A stretch of DNA of 64,000 nucleotides from an uncultured Candidatus Rokubacteria bacterium (GTDB lineage: Bacteria > Methylomirabilota > Methylomirabilia > Rokubacteriales > CSP1-6), in NCBI GenBank assembly GCA_963758635.1, contig CAVWWD010000008.1, positions 192,001-256,000 of the forward strand, read 5' to 3'. Positions 11,448 to 21,895 of the stretch are shown piece by piece; the first letter of the stretch is position 1, and each line of letters starts with the position of its first letter. Under the pieces are notes generated by a model. The model worked only from the letters and a program-made list of their open reading frames with translations, did no database searches and was not told the origin of the DNA. Position numbers and translations under genes: made by a program.

Positions 11448-14400
11448 ATGTCAGGTGAGCGAGCCGAGGGCAGCACGGGGCCGGGGCTGCCAACGGCCGA
11501 TCCCGGGGTCGAGCTGTGGGATGTCGACCACTCGATCGCGGACGCCGTGGCTCATCGTGCCGCGCTCGGTCCTGACACGGTGGCGATCGGCGGCCCCGAC
11601 GGACCGCGGCTGACGTTCGGGGCGCTGGCTCGCGAGATCGATGGCCTCCGCCTGACGCTCCGACGACTCGGCATCGGTCCTGGCGATCGGATCGCCATCG
11701 TCCTTCCGCCCGGCCCCGAGCTCGCAGTCGCCCTGACGGGCGTGGCGTGCGCGGCCGTCGCCGCGCCGCTCGATCCATCGCTTCGTTCCCCCGAGTATCG
11801 CGGCCGGTTCGAGCATCTGAGGCCGAAAGCGATCCTGGTGTCCGCGGCGACGGGCGAAGCCGCGCCGGCGGTCGCCGCGGCCGAGGGTGTACCGCTCATC
11901 GTGATGACGGAAGGCCTCGCGAGCGGCCAGCTCGCGCTTCGCCCGGCGGGCGCTCCGATCCGCGCCGAGACGGAGGGCGGCGCGGCTGGTCCGAGCCTCA
12001 CCGGAGTGATGCTCGCGAACGTCGGGCACCACATCGCGCCCGAAGCTCGTCCACCTCACGCACGCCAACCTCCTGACCTCGGCGCGTTCGATGGCCGAGT
12101 CGCTCGGCCTCGACGCTTCCGATCACTGCCTGGACATGATGCCGCTGCACCACGTCCATGGGCTCATGGCGCTGCTGTCCTCGCTGGTCGCCGGATCACG
12201 CGTGAGTGTCACGCCCGGGTTCGACGCCGCCCGGGTGCTCGACTGGCTTCAGGAGCTCGCGCCGACCTGGTACACGGCGGCGCCGCCCATCCATCGGGCC
12301 ATCGCGGCCCAGCTCCGCCAGCAGCCCCGAGCCCTCCGGGGCGCGCGGTTGCGCTTCGTCCGGTCGTCGTCGGCAGCCCTGCCGCGCGACGTCGCTCTCG
12401 AGCTCGAGGACATCCTCGGGGTGCCCGTGCTGGAGGCGTACGGCATGACGGAGGCGGCGCACCAGATCGCCAGCAATCCCCTTCCGCCGGGACAGCGCAA
12501 GGCAGGATCGGTGGGCCTTCCCACGGGCACGGACGTGATGATCGCCGGGGCCGACGGGGCGCCGCTGCCACGGGGGGCCGTCGGCCAGATCGCCATCCGC
12601 GGAGGCGGCGTGACGGCGGGCTACGTCGACGGCGCCGAGGACGAGGTCGCCGTGTTCCGGGACGGCTGGTTTCTCACCGGGGACCTCGGGTGGCAGGACG
12701 CCGAGGGCTATCTCTTCGTCACGGGCCGGGTAAAGGAGATGGTCAATCGCGGTGGCGAGAAGGTCGCCCCCGCCGAGGTCGAGGAAGCCCTGTGTGAACA
12801 CCCCGCGGTCATGGAGGCGGCGGCCTTCCCCGTCCCGCATCACACCCTCGGCGAGACCGTGGGCGCCGCGGTGGTCCTCCGCCCCGACGACGCGTCCGAA
12901 CCCGGGCCGCAGGATCTCCGCGTCTTCGTCGCCGCGCGACTGGCCGACTTCAAGGTGCCGAGCCACGTGTGGATCGTCGACGAGATCCCGCGGACGTCGA
13001 CGGGTAAACCGCGCCGCGCCGTGCTCGCCGCGCGCCTCGGAGCGGAGCGGCGCCCGGACAGCTCGGGGCTCGACGCGGCACGCCCCAACGACGCGCCGCG
13101 GTCGCGCGCCGAGGACGTGGTGGCCGCCGTGTGGGGCGAGGTCCTCGAGTGCGACGGGATCGGTCGCAGCGCGAATCTCTTCGACCTCGGTGGCGACTCG
13201 ATCCACGCGGGCATGATCGCGTCGCGCCTCGCGGTCGCCCTCGGGGTGCGCGTCTCGATCTCCGAGGTCCTGACGGCGTCGACCGTCGTCCTTCTCGCGC
13301 AGCTCATCGAGGACCGGCTGCCGGACCTCGGTGCCGTCACCGGGCCGCTCGTGGTCCGCGCGGACCGCGCGCCGGGGACCCGCTGTCCTCTCTCACTGGC
13401 GCAGGAGCCCGTGTGGATGCTCCAGCAGGTGGAGCCGGGGCTGGTCGCCTACAACGTCCCGCGTGCCATCCGGTTGCGCGGCGACCTCGACGTGGCGGCC
13501 ATGCGCGGCGCGCTCGACGCCCTGGTCGTCCGGCACGAGGCGCTTCGAACGACCTTCCACGCGAATGGCGCCGAGCCGGTGCAGGTGATCGAAGCGGCCA
13601 GACGGCTCCCGCTGCCAGTGGTCGACCTCGGCGACCTCGAGGAGGCGCCGCGGGCGTTGCAGCTCCCGGCGCTAATGGCTGCGGAGGCGCGCCGGCCGTT
13701 CGACCTGACCGTCGATCCCATGCTTCGCCCGCTGCTCCTCCGGCTCGCTGCGGACGATCACGTGCTGCTCATGACGATCCACCATCTGGCCTGCGACGGC
13801 TGGTCGGCCGGCGTGCTGACGCGCGACCTGTCGGCGCTCTACGGTGCCGTCCTCGAGGGCCGGCCCGCTGGCCTGCCCGAGCTTTCCATCCAGCCCGCCG
13901 ACTTCGATCGCTGGCAGCGGGAGCGGCTCCACGGCGGCCTGCTGGAGGCGCAGCTCCCGTACTGGCGGGCGAAGCTCGTCGGGGCGCCGCCCGCCCTCGA
14001 CCTGTCGATCGCGCGTGCCCGCCCGCCGGTTCAGAGCTTCCGGGGGGCGCGACGGGCCGTCACCGTGCCGCGCCGGCTCGTCGATGCGCTCAGGGGGCTG
14101 GGCCAGGGCGAGGAAGCGACGCTGTTCATGACGCTGCTCGCCGCCTTCAAGGTGCTGCTATCGCGATACAGCGGACAGGAGGATGTCGTGGTCGGCACGG
14201 CCACGGCTGGCCGCGTCCTCGTGGAGACGGAGCCCCTGATCGGGCTCTTCGCGGACACCCTGGCCCTGCGCACCGACCTCTCCGGGGATCCGACGTTTCG
14301 GGAGCTCCTCGGCCGGGTGCGGGAGACGTGCCTGGGCGCCTACGCGCGCCAGAGCGTTCCGTTCGGGAAACTCCTGGAGGCGCTGCGGCCGCCGCGCGAT

Positions 14401-16548
14401 CCTGCCCGCTCCCCGCTCTACCAGACGATGCTCGTCCTGCAGAACGCGCCCCAGCGCGTCCCCGCCATGCCGGGGCTCAGCGTGAGCGCGCAGCCCGTCA
14501 ACGTCGGAGCCGCGAAGCTGGACCTGGTTCTCGACCTTCAGGAGGGCGACGACGGGCTCCACGGCACCATCGAGTACTGCACGGACCTGTTCGACCCTGC
14601 GGCGATCACCCGGCTCGCCGGCCACCTCGAGGTCCTCCTGACGGGCATCGTGGCGGACCCGGACAGCCGGATCTCGGCCCTGCCGCTGCTGACCGAGGGC
14701 GAATGGACGCAGGTCGCGGTGGAATGGAACGGGACCGCGCCCGCCGCCGCCAGCGGCCCCTGTCTCCACGAGCTCTTCGAGAGCCAGGTCGACCTCACCC
14801 CCCATGCCGTCGCGCTGCTCGAGGCGGGGAGTCCGACGACCTACGCCGAGCTGGATCGCCGGGCCAACCAGATCGCGCACGCGCTGTCGCGCGGCGGCGT
14901 CGGTGCGGAGTCCCGCGTGGGGGTGCTCCTCGACCGCGGCGTCGAGGCGGTGGTCGCGATGCTGGCGACCCTGAAGGCGGGCGGCGCCTACGTGCCGATG
15001 GATCCGACCTATCCGCCCGAGCGGCTGGCGCTGATGCTGTCCGATGCTCGGCCCGACGTCGTGGTCACCCGGCGGTGCTGGCGGCCGCTGCTCTCGGCGG
15101 ATCGGCCGCCCGTGCTTTGCCTGGACGGCGACGCCGCGCGGATCGGCCAGGAGCCGTCGAGCCGGCTTCAGACCGTGGTCAGCGACGAGCTGCCCGCCTA
15201 CGTGATCTACACGTCCGGGTCGACGGGGCGGCCGAAGGGCGTCGTCGGGCAGCATCGGGGCATGACGAGCCTTCTCCGGCACCTGGGGGAGGCCTACCCG
15301 TTCGAGCCTGGCGAGGTCCTCTGCCAGAAGACGGCGCTGAGCTTCGTCGATTCCGTGTGGGAGGTGTTCTGGCCGCTTCTGCGGGGGGTGCCGAGCGAGA
15401 TCCTTCCGGAGGGCGACGTCCGAGAGCCGGTTCGGCTCGTCGAGCGGCTGGCCGCCGCGAGAGTCACGCGCATCGTGCTGGTGCCCTCGCTGCTCTCCAT
15501 CCTGCTCGATGAGGTCGAGGACCTTGCGGGACGCCTGCCGCGGTTGATGCTCTGGATGGTGGGGGGCGAAGAGCTCTCGCGCGACCTCGCCGCCCGCTTC
15601 GTCGCGGCGATGCCGGGCCGGTGCCTCGTGAACCAGTACGGGGCCTCGGAGGCCTCCGCGGTGAGTGCGCTCTGGGAGGTGGCGTCGCCCCTTCCCGAGG
15701 GCCGCGTCCCCATCGGCCGCCCGACACGCGGCACCCGCACGTACGTCCTCGACCGGGGCGGACAGCTCGTGCCGGTGGGCGTGGAGGGCGAGCTGCACGT
15801 CGGGGGCGTGGGCCTCGCGCGCGGGTACTGGGCGCAGCCAGGGCTGACGGCCGAGCGGTTCGTTCCCGATCGGGTGAGCGGGGTGCCGGGTGCGCGTCTC
15901 TATCGCATGGGCGATCGGGCGCGATACCGCGCGGACGGGGCGATCGAGTACCTCGGACGCCAGGACCAGCAGGTGAAGGTGCGCGGCTACCGGATCGAGC
16001 TGGGGGAGATCGACGCCGCGCTGCGCAGACACGCCGGGGTGCGCGAGGCGGCCACCGTCGTTCGCGCGGGTGCCGCCGGTGGCGCCCGGCTGGTCGCTCA
16101 CGTCGCGTGGGACGGTCCGCGTGGGTCGGTGGCGGAGCTGCGCGCCGGACTTCAGCGGGCCTTGCCCGCCTACATGCTGCCCGCGGCCATCGTGGAGGTG
16201 GACGCGCTGCCTCTCACGCCGAGCGGCAAGGTGGACCGGCGCGCGCTGCCGGAGCCGGCGACCGTGATCGAGCAGTCAGGGGAGTTCGTCCCACCCGATA
16301 CCGCCGTCGAACGCCGCATCGCCGGGATCTGGGAGGAGCTGCTCGAGGTCCGTCCGGTCGGCCGGACCGACAACTTCTTCGAGCTCGGGGGGCATTCCAT
16401 CGTCGCCGTGCGCCTGATCAGCCGGTTGCGTGAGGTGTTCGGGATCTCGCTACGGCTGCGGACCGTCTTCGACGGGCCGACGGTGGGGGAGCTCGCCGCC
16501 CACGTCCCCGGGGGACAGGCACCCTCCGGAGGCGAGTCCCGCGCGTAG
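11448..16548 (+). CDS. NRPS loading protein: acyl-AMP ligase (oxalate-CoA ligase-like)-T-C-A(beta-amino acid type)-T; frameshift near 12016
   Basis: TSGTTSRPK read across the frameshift; PLHHVHGL, LRFVRSSSAAL, VLEAYGMTEAAHQIASNPLP; T LFDLGGDSI; C HHLACDG; A SFVDSVWE; T FFELGGHSI. Start codon uncertain. Confidence 0.88.
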
Positions 16549-16630
16549 TGACCCTCGAAGAATGCGGTAACCGCCACGGGCCTCTACAGTCCCACCGCTC
16601 GGCGTTAGTCTGATGCGCGGGGCTCATTAG
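16546..16630. repeat. 85-bp dispersed repeat, copy 2 (downstream of NRPS4)
   Basis: Direct repeat of 11186-11270; overlaps the NRPS4 stop codon. Confidence 0.9.
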
Positions 16631-16638
16631 TCGCGCCC

Positions 16639-17358
16639 GTGTGGGTCCTCCCCGCCGACGAGGTCCACGTCTGGAAGGCTGATCTCGAGCCTTCCGCCGC
16701 GCAGGTGCAGTGCTTCGTCGAGATCCTCAGCCCCGACGAGCGCGCGCGCGCCGCGCGCTTCCACTTCGCGAGGGACCGTGACCGGTGGACGGTGGCCCGG
16801 GGCCAGCTGCGCGCGCTGCTCGCCCGGTACCTGGGGGGGCTGCCCGACCAGTTCCGGTTCTCGCTCGGTCCGCACGGAAAGCCCGCCCTCGCGGCGCCCG
16901 CTGGCACGCATCTCAGGTTCAACCTTTCCCATTCGGCCGGGCTCGCCCTCTACGCGGTCGCGCGAGGGCGCGAGGTCGGCGTGGACGTGGAGGCGCTGCG
17001 TCCCGACTTCGCCACCGACGAGATCGCCGAGCGCTTCTTCTCGCCGACGGAGCGCCGGGCCCTGCGCGCGGTGCCGCCCGAGCGTCGCTGCGAGGCGTTC
17101 TTCGCGTGCTGGACGCGGAAGGAGGCGTACATCAAGGCGCGTGGGCTCGGGCTGGCGATCCCGCTCGACGCCTTCGACGTGTCGCTGGCTCCGGACGAGC
17201 CGGCCGCCCTCCTCGCCACGCGCGACGAGCCCGGGGAGTCCGTGCGCTGGTCGCTCGAGGCGCTCGCTCCCGGTCCCGGCTTCGCCGGCGCCGTCGTGGC
17301 CGAGGGGCACGGGTGGCGCGTGTCCTGCCTCGGGGAGCTCGGGGATGACAACGGGTAG
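16639..17358 (+). CDS. Sfp-type 4'-phosphopantetheinyl transferase
   Basis: Motifs HGKP, FNLSHS, VGVDVE and WTRKEAYIKA; adjacent to the NRPS genes. Confidence 0.95.
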   Translation: MWVLPADEVHVWKADLEPSAAQVQCFVEILSPDERARAARFHFARDRDRWTVARGQLRALLARYLGGLPDQFRFSLGPHGKPALAAPAGTHLRFNLSHSAGLALYAVARGREVGVDVEALRPDFATDEIAERFFSPTERRALRAVPPERRCEAFFACWTRKEAYIKARGLGLAIPLDAFDVSLAPDEPAALLATRDEPGESVRWSLEALAPGPGFAGAVVAEGHGWRVSCLGELGDDNG

Positions 17359-17422
17359 AGGACGTTCTGTGCGCGGGACGGGGAGCGTGATCGATCCACG
17401 GCGGGCTGGTACACTCGATCGC

Positions 17423-17815
17423 ATGACGAAGACGCTCGTGGGCGTGCTCGCCGGTCTCGCCCTCGCCTCGTCGATTGGGCTTCCTGCCGCCGAGGTCGCG
17501 GCCCAGCACTTCGGGCAGCGGCAGGAGGACCACCTGTTCCGGATCGTGTCCACGCCCGGGCAAGGACGGGGGGGCCGGCCCATCGTCGGCGGGTACGTCT
17601 ACAACGACTACGGCAGCGTTGCCGCGGGCGTGCGCGTGGTGGTCGAGCAGCTCGATGCCGCGGGCCAGGTGACGACGTCCAACGGCACGTTCGTGGGCAC
17701 GGTGCCCAACATGAGTCGGACCTACTTCGAGGTTCCGTTGACGTTGGCGCCCGGCACGTACCGCGTCCGCATCACCGCCTACGAGTGGGTCCAGAGCGGG
17801 GGCGACTTCAATTAA
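17423..17815 (+). CDS. Small secreted protein (FxLYD-like Ig fold)
   Basis: Signal-peptide-like N-terminus; GYVYNDYG, VEQLDAAGQ and YFEVP patterns; TACACT -10-like hexamer just upstream of the ATG. Confidence 0.6.
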   Translation: MTKTLVGVLAGLALASSIGLPAAEVAAQHFGQRQEDHLFRIVSTPGQGRGGRPIVGGYVYNDYGSVAAGVRVVVEQLDAAGQVTTSNGTFVGTVPNMSRTYFEVPLTLAPGTYRVRITAYEWVQSGGDFN

Positions 17816-17818
17816 CTC

Positions 17819-17845
17819 TCGGAGGGGGCTGCGCCCCCCTTCCGA
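17819..17845. terminator. GC-rich hairpin between convergent genes
   Basis: TCGGAGGGGGC...GCCCCCCTTCCGA imperfect inverted repeat immediately after the stop codon. Confidence 0.5.
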
Positions 17846-17967
17846 CGGTCGTCGCGCGCCTGACGGCGCGCTCCTCCCTGCCTCCCCCCAACGACAGGTT
17901 GCGCGGGCGAAGCCCGCGCTCGAACGGCGTCCCTCCTGCGCTTGTCGTGCGCGCTTGCGGGGAAGCG

Positions 17968-18723
17968 TCAGTCCTGGTCGAGCAGCATCCGGCGGTAGGC
18001 TTCGGCGGCGGCGATCTTCTTCTTCGCGCCCTGCTCCCGGGCCCACATCGTGATCATCTCCGTCGGGTCCCACGTGCCCATCTGGCTCCGGTGCGCCTTG
18101 AGCGCGGCGAGCTTCACGTCGAGCACCTCCCCGATGTCGATGAACGTGTCGGGCCGCTCGGACCCGTGGATGTAGACCTCCTTCACCTTGTGGGGGGCGA
18201 GCCCCTCCGCGAGCAGCTCCGCGAAGATGAAGCGCGTCTCCGCGGAGGGGAATATCGCGTCGAGGGTGGCGTCGGCGGCGGCGCGATGGTCGGGGTGGTT
18301 CATGTACCGGTTGCCGTAGAACCGCACGGTGGGATCGCCGCACACCACGGCGTCCGGCCGGTGCCGGCGGATCAGCCGCGTGATCTCGCGCCGGAGCGCG
18401 ATGGTGGGCTCGAGCATCCCGTCCTCGTGGCCGAGGAAGATCACCTCGGCGACGCCGAGCAGCCGGCACGCCTCCCGCTGCTCCTCCTCGCGGATCCCGA
18501 CGAGACGCTGCCGCGTCATGTCGGCCGGCGTGGAGTCGTTGGACCCCGCGCTGCCGCTGGTCAGGCACACGGTCACGACGTGGCTCCCCCCGCGCGCCCA
18601 CTTGGCGAGCGTGCCCGCCACCGTGAACTCCTGGTCGTCGGGGTGGGCGTGGACGCTCATGACGCGGGCGGGCGCAGCCGGCTCGCGGTACTCGGACGTG
18701 GGGGTCTCCTCCTCGGCGGTCAT
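17968..18723 (-). CDS. PIG-L/LmbE family deacetylase
   Basis: HAHPDDQE and HPDH metal-binding motifs. Confidence 0.92.
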   Translation of the reverse strand: MTAEEETPTSEYREPAAPARVMSVHAHPDDQEFTVAGTLAKWARGGSHVVTVCLTSGSAGSNDSTPADMTRQRLVGIREEEQREACRLLGVAEVIFLGHEDGMLEPTIALRREITRLIRRHRPDAVVCGDPTVRFYGNRYMNHPDHRAAADATLDAIFPSAETRFIFAELLAEGLAPHKVKEVYIHGSERPDTFIDIGEVLDVKLAALKAHRSQMGTWDPTEMITMWAREQGAKKKIAAAEAYRRMLLDQD

Positions 18724-18739
18724 GGAGCGCTCCCGGTGC

Positions 18740-19933
18740 TCAGATCGCTCCGTCGCGTCGGAGCGTGGCGATCTCGTCGGGTGACAGCTCGAGCATCTCG
18801 CGGAGGATCGCGTCGGTGTCCTGACCGATCGGCGGCCCCGCGTGGCTGATGCGGCCCGGCGTGAGCGACAGCTTCGGCACCACGCCGGCCTGCGGCAGGC
18901 TGCCGATGGTGGGCTCCGGCACGTCGACGATCATCTGGCGCTCGCGGAAGTGGGGGTCCCCGAAGATGTCGGCCATGCTCATGATCGGCGCGTACGGCAC
19001 CTGGTGCGCCTCGAGCTCCCGCACCGCCTCGTCGAACCCGCGCGCGGCGAACCAGGCCTCGACGTACTTGAGGTACTCGGCCATGTTCGCGGAGCGCTCC
19101 GGGGTGGTGGCGAAGCGCGGATCGCGCGCCAGCTCGGGCGACCCGAGCAGCCCGCACAGGCGCTCGAAGAGGTGCTGCGCCGGCGCGGTGAAGGCGACCC
19201 AGTGGCCGTCCTTGGTCTGGTACGCGCCGCCCGGCCATCCCGCGTGCTGGACACCGCCGCGCTCGCGGACCTTACCCTGCCGGCCGTACCACGGGACCGT
19301 GTATTCCATGATGCGGAACGCCGACTCGTAGAGGGCCGCGTCGATCCACTGGCCCTGCCCGGTGGCGTCGCGATGGCGGAGCGCCACCATCACGCCGAAC
19401 GCGGTGAAGAGCCCGGTGAGGTAGTCGGGATACACGGGCGTGGGGCGCGCGGGCGGCCGGTCGGCGGGGCCGTTCACGAACCACGTGCCGCCGAACGCGG
19501 AGCCGATCGCGGCGAAGCCCGGCCCCATCCGCCGCGGCCCCGTCTGCCCGAACGCGGTGATGCGCGCCATGACGAGGCGCGGGTTGATGCGCGAGAGGTC
19601 GTCCCAGCCGAGGCCCCAGCCCTCGAGCACGCCGGGCCGGAAGTTCTCGAGCACGACATCCACCTTCGCCGCCAGCTTCCGCACGATGTCCTGGGCCGCG
19701 GGCTTGTGCAGGTCGAGCGTCATCACGCGCTTGTTGCGGTTGTCCACGGCCCACCAGTAACCGCAGCCGTCCTCGGTGGGGCCGAGGCGCCGCAGGTCGT
19801 CGCCGCGGCCGGGCATCTCGGTCTTGATCACGTCGGCGCCGAACTCGGCCATGAGCGCGCCGCAGAACGGGCCGGCCACGATCTGGGCCAGCTCGAGCAC
19901 GCGGATGCCCTCGAGCGCGCCGGGCGGGAGCAT
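18740..19933 (-). CDS. CaiB/BaiF class III CoA-transferase
   Basis: ALEGIRVLEL..AGPF, FGADVIK, NRNKR, ENFRPG. Confidence 0.92.
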   Translation of the reverse strand: MLPPGALEGIRVLELAQIVAGPFCGALMAEFGADVIKTEMPGRGDDLRRLGPTEDGCGYWWAVDNRNKRVMTLDLHKPAAQDIVRKLAAKVDVVLENFRPGVLEGWGLGWDDLSRINPRLVMARITAFGQTGPRRMGPGFAAIGSAFGGTWFVNGPADRPPARPTPVYPDYLTGLFTAFGVMVALRHRDATGQGQWIDAALYESAFRIMEYTVPWYGRQGKVRERGGVQHAGWPGGAYQTKDGHWVAFTAPAQHLFERLCGLLGSPELARDPRFATTPERSANMAEYLKYVEAWFAARGFDEAVRELEAHQVPYAPIMSMADIFGDPHFRERQMIVDVPEPTIGSLPQAGVVPKLSLTPGRISHAGPPIGQDTDAILREMLELSPDEIATLRRDGAI

Positions 19934-19935
19934 GC

Positions 19936-21888
19936 TCAGTGGCAGTGGGCGGCGGGCGCGGGCGGCAGGTCCAGCGCGGGGTTGCCGTCGAAGAAGCCGG
20001 ACGGCTTGAGCGCGAAGCCGATGCAGGCCACCGGCATCACCGGCCACTCCTCGGGGCGCACGACATGGTGGTGGCCCATCGTGTACCAGACCACGATCGG
20101 CGCGTCGGCCACGGGCCGGTCCTGCGCCACGTACTCGGGCAGGCCTGCCCCGCCCGGGTGCTGGTTCGGGTAGTCCCCCGCGGCGTAGCGCTCGGCGGGC
20201 TCGTAGCGGGTCACCCAGAGGTGACGGGTGGCGAATCCGGCGCGACGGAGCGCGGGACTTCCGGGCTGGGCGAAGGGCAGCACGTTGTCGCCCGGGACCA
20301 GGCGGTACGCGGTGCGGCCGCCCACCGCGTTGACGCCGCCCGCGCTCACGACCTTCCACGAGCGCGCGCGGAGGGGATCGACGGTGCGCTGCGCCTCGGC
20401 CTCGCGCGCGAGGACGCGCTCGGTCACCACCCACGCGTTGCCGTACGGGTTGTCCGGCCCGGGCGGGGAGGGCGCGCTCTCCAGCTCGACGACGGTGTTC
20501 TTCTCGCCGTCGACCATCGTGTCGAGCCGCACGCTGAAGTAGTGCTGGTGGTGCGGCCCGTAGAGGCCGGGCGCCACCACGACGCCGTGAGACGGCTCGA
20601 CGCCGGGAGCGATCGCGCCGGTTGACATGATGCCGCTCATCTTCACCTGCAGCTCGAGGCTCCCGTCCTGGTAGAAGTACCAGTAGAACCCGTACTCGTA
20701 GTTGCCCACCGTGGCGATGCTCGACACCACGAGCCGGCGCGAGCGGCGCACCTCCGTGTACCCGGTGCGGAGGTCCGTGTGCTTCCAGAGGATCCCGACG
20801 TCCTCCTCGTGGATGCAGATGGCGTTGTCGATCACCGCCGGCTCCCCCGCGGGATCCGAGATCACCGCGTCGAGGTAGCGGATCTCGCCGAGGCAGTCGC
20901 AGCCGAGCGCGAGCGAGTTCGTGAGCATGCCCACGCCGTACTCGCCCATGTCGAACACCTGCTTGCGGCGGTGGGTCGGCGCGGGGTCGCCGTACGGAAC
21001 CCACATCTCGGAGACGGCGGCGCGGAAGAGGATGGGGCGCACGCGCCCGCCATCCTCGTAGCCGATGGTGTGGAGCACGAGCCCCTCGCGCGGGTTGAAG
21101 CCGACGCGCATCCGCCACTTCTGCCAGCGGAGCTCGTGGCCGGCGAGGGTGAAGCCCACGCCCTCGGGCTGGGTGATCGCGAGCGGCTTCACGTCGGCAC
21201 GGACGCCGGTGAAGCGGGGCGAGTTCGCGGCGTCGGTGATGGTGTCCGGCCCGTAGTTGCCGGCCCGCGGCGGCAGCGGCACGACGCCGTGGTCCTCGAT
21301 GGCCGTGACCTCCATCCGGTCCAGGTCGAACTCGGTGACGAGGCCCTCGATGGGCCGCGCGTAGCCGTTGTCGAGGGGGCCGCTGCGGATCCACGTGAGC
21401 GCCCGGATGATCCGGCGGCGCTCAGGCCCGTCCTCCGGACCGTCGTTGCCGGCCGACCAGGGGTCGACCATGGCGAGGCTCGGGTCGGTCACCCCGCGCT
21501 TGCGCATCGCCGCCTGCCACTCGGGGTGCGCCTTGACCGCGGCCTCGCAGGCGAGGACCTCCTCGAACACGATGGGCGGCGCCACGCCGGGGCGCTCGCG
21601 CCAGTCCACCACCTTGTCGCCGCTGAGCGACACGATCGCCTCGAACGTGGTCCGCCGGCGGCGGTCGCGGACGATGACGAACGCGCGGCGGTCGAAGGGG
21701 TCGCCGGGCCGGAAGGCGAGGACGGCCTCCCGCGTGGGCTCGTCGAGCTGGACGCGGACGAAGAACGCGTCCGGGTCCATCCGTCCCGATGCGCGCAGGA
21801 TGCGCGCGGCCCCCGCGACCTCGTCGGCGCCGAGCGGGTCGAGGGGGTGGCGGGTGAGGACCTCCGCGCTCGTGGAGACGCTCACCAC
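19936..21888 (-). CDS. Copper/topaquinone primary amine oxidase (TynA-like)
   Basis: HPLDPL N-terminus, TVGNYEY TPQ consensus, HQH copper ligands, HHVVRPEEWPVMP. Confidence 0.93.
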   Translation of the reverse strand: MVSVSTSAEVLTRHPLDPLGADEVAGAARILRASGRMDPDAFFVRVQLDEPTREAVLAFRPGDPFDRRAFVIVRDRRRRTTFEAIVSLSGDKVVDWRERPGVAPPIVFEEVLACEAAVKAHPEWQAAMRKRGVTDPSLAMVDPWSAGNDGPEDGPERRRIIRALTWIRSGPLDNGYARPIEGLVTEFDLDRMEVTAIEDHGVVPLPPRAGNYGPDTITDAANSPRFTGVRADVKPLAITQPEGVGFTLAGHELRWQKWRMRVGFNPREGLVLHTIGYEDGGRVRPILFRAAVSEMWVPYGDPAPTHRRKQVFDMGEYGVGMLTNSLALGCDCLGEIRYLDAVISDPAGEPAVIDNAICIHEEDVGILWKHTDLRTGYTEVRRSRRLVVSSIATVGNYEYGFYWYFYQDGSLELQVKMSGIMSTGAIAPGVEPSHGVVVAPGLYGPHHQHYFSVRLDTMVDGEKNTVVELESAPSPPGPDNPYGNAWVVTERVLAREAEAQRTVDPLRARSWKVVSAGGVNAVGGRTAYRLVPGDNVLPFAQPGSPALRRAGFATRHLWVTRYEPAERYAAGDYPNQHPGGAGLPEYVAQDRPVADAPIVVWYTMGHHHVVRPEEWPVMPVACIGFALKPSGFFDGNPALDLPPAPAAHCH

Positions 21889-21895
21889 CGCGCCG

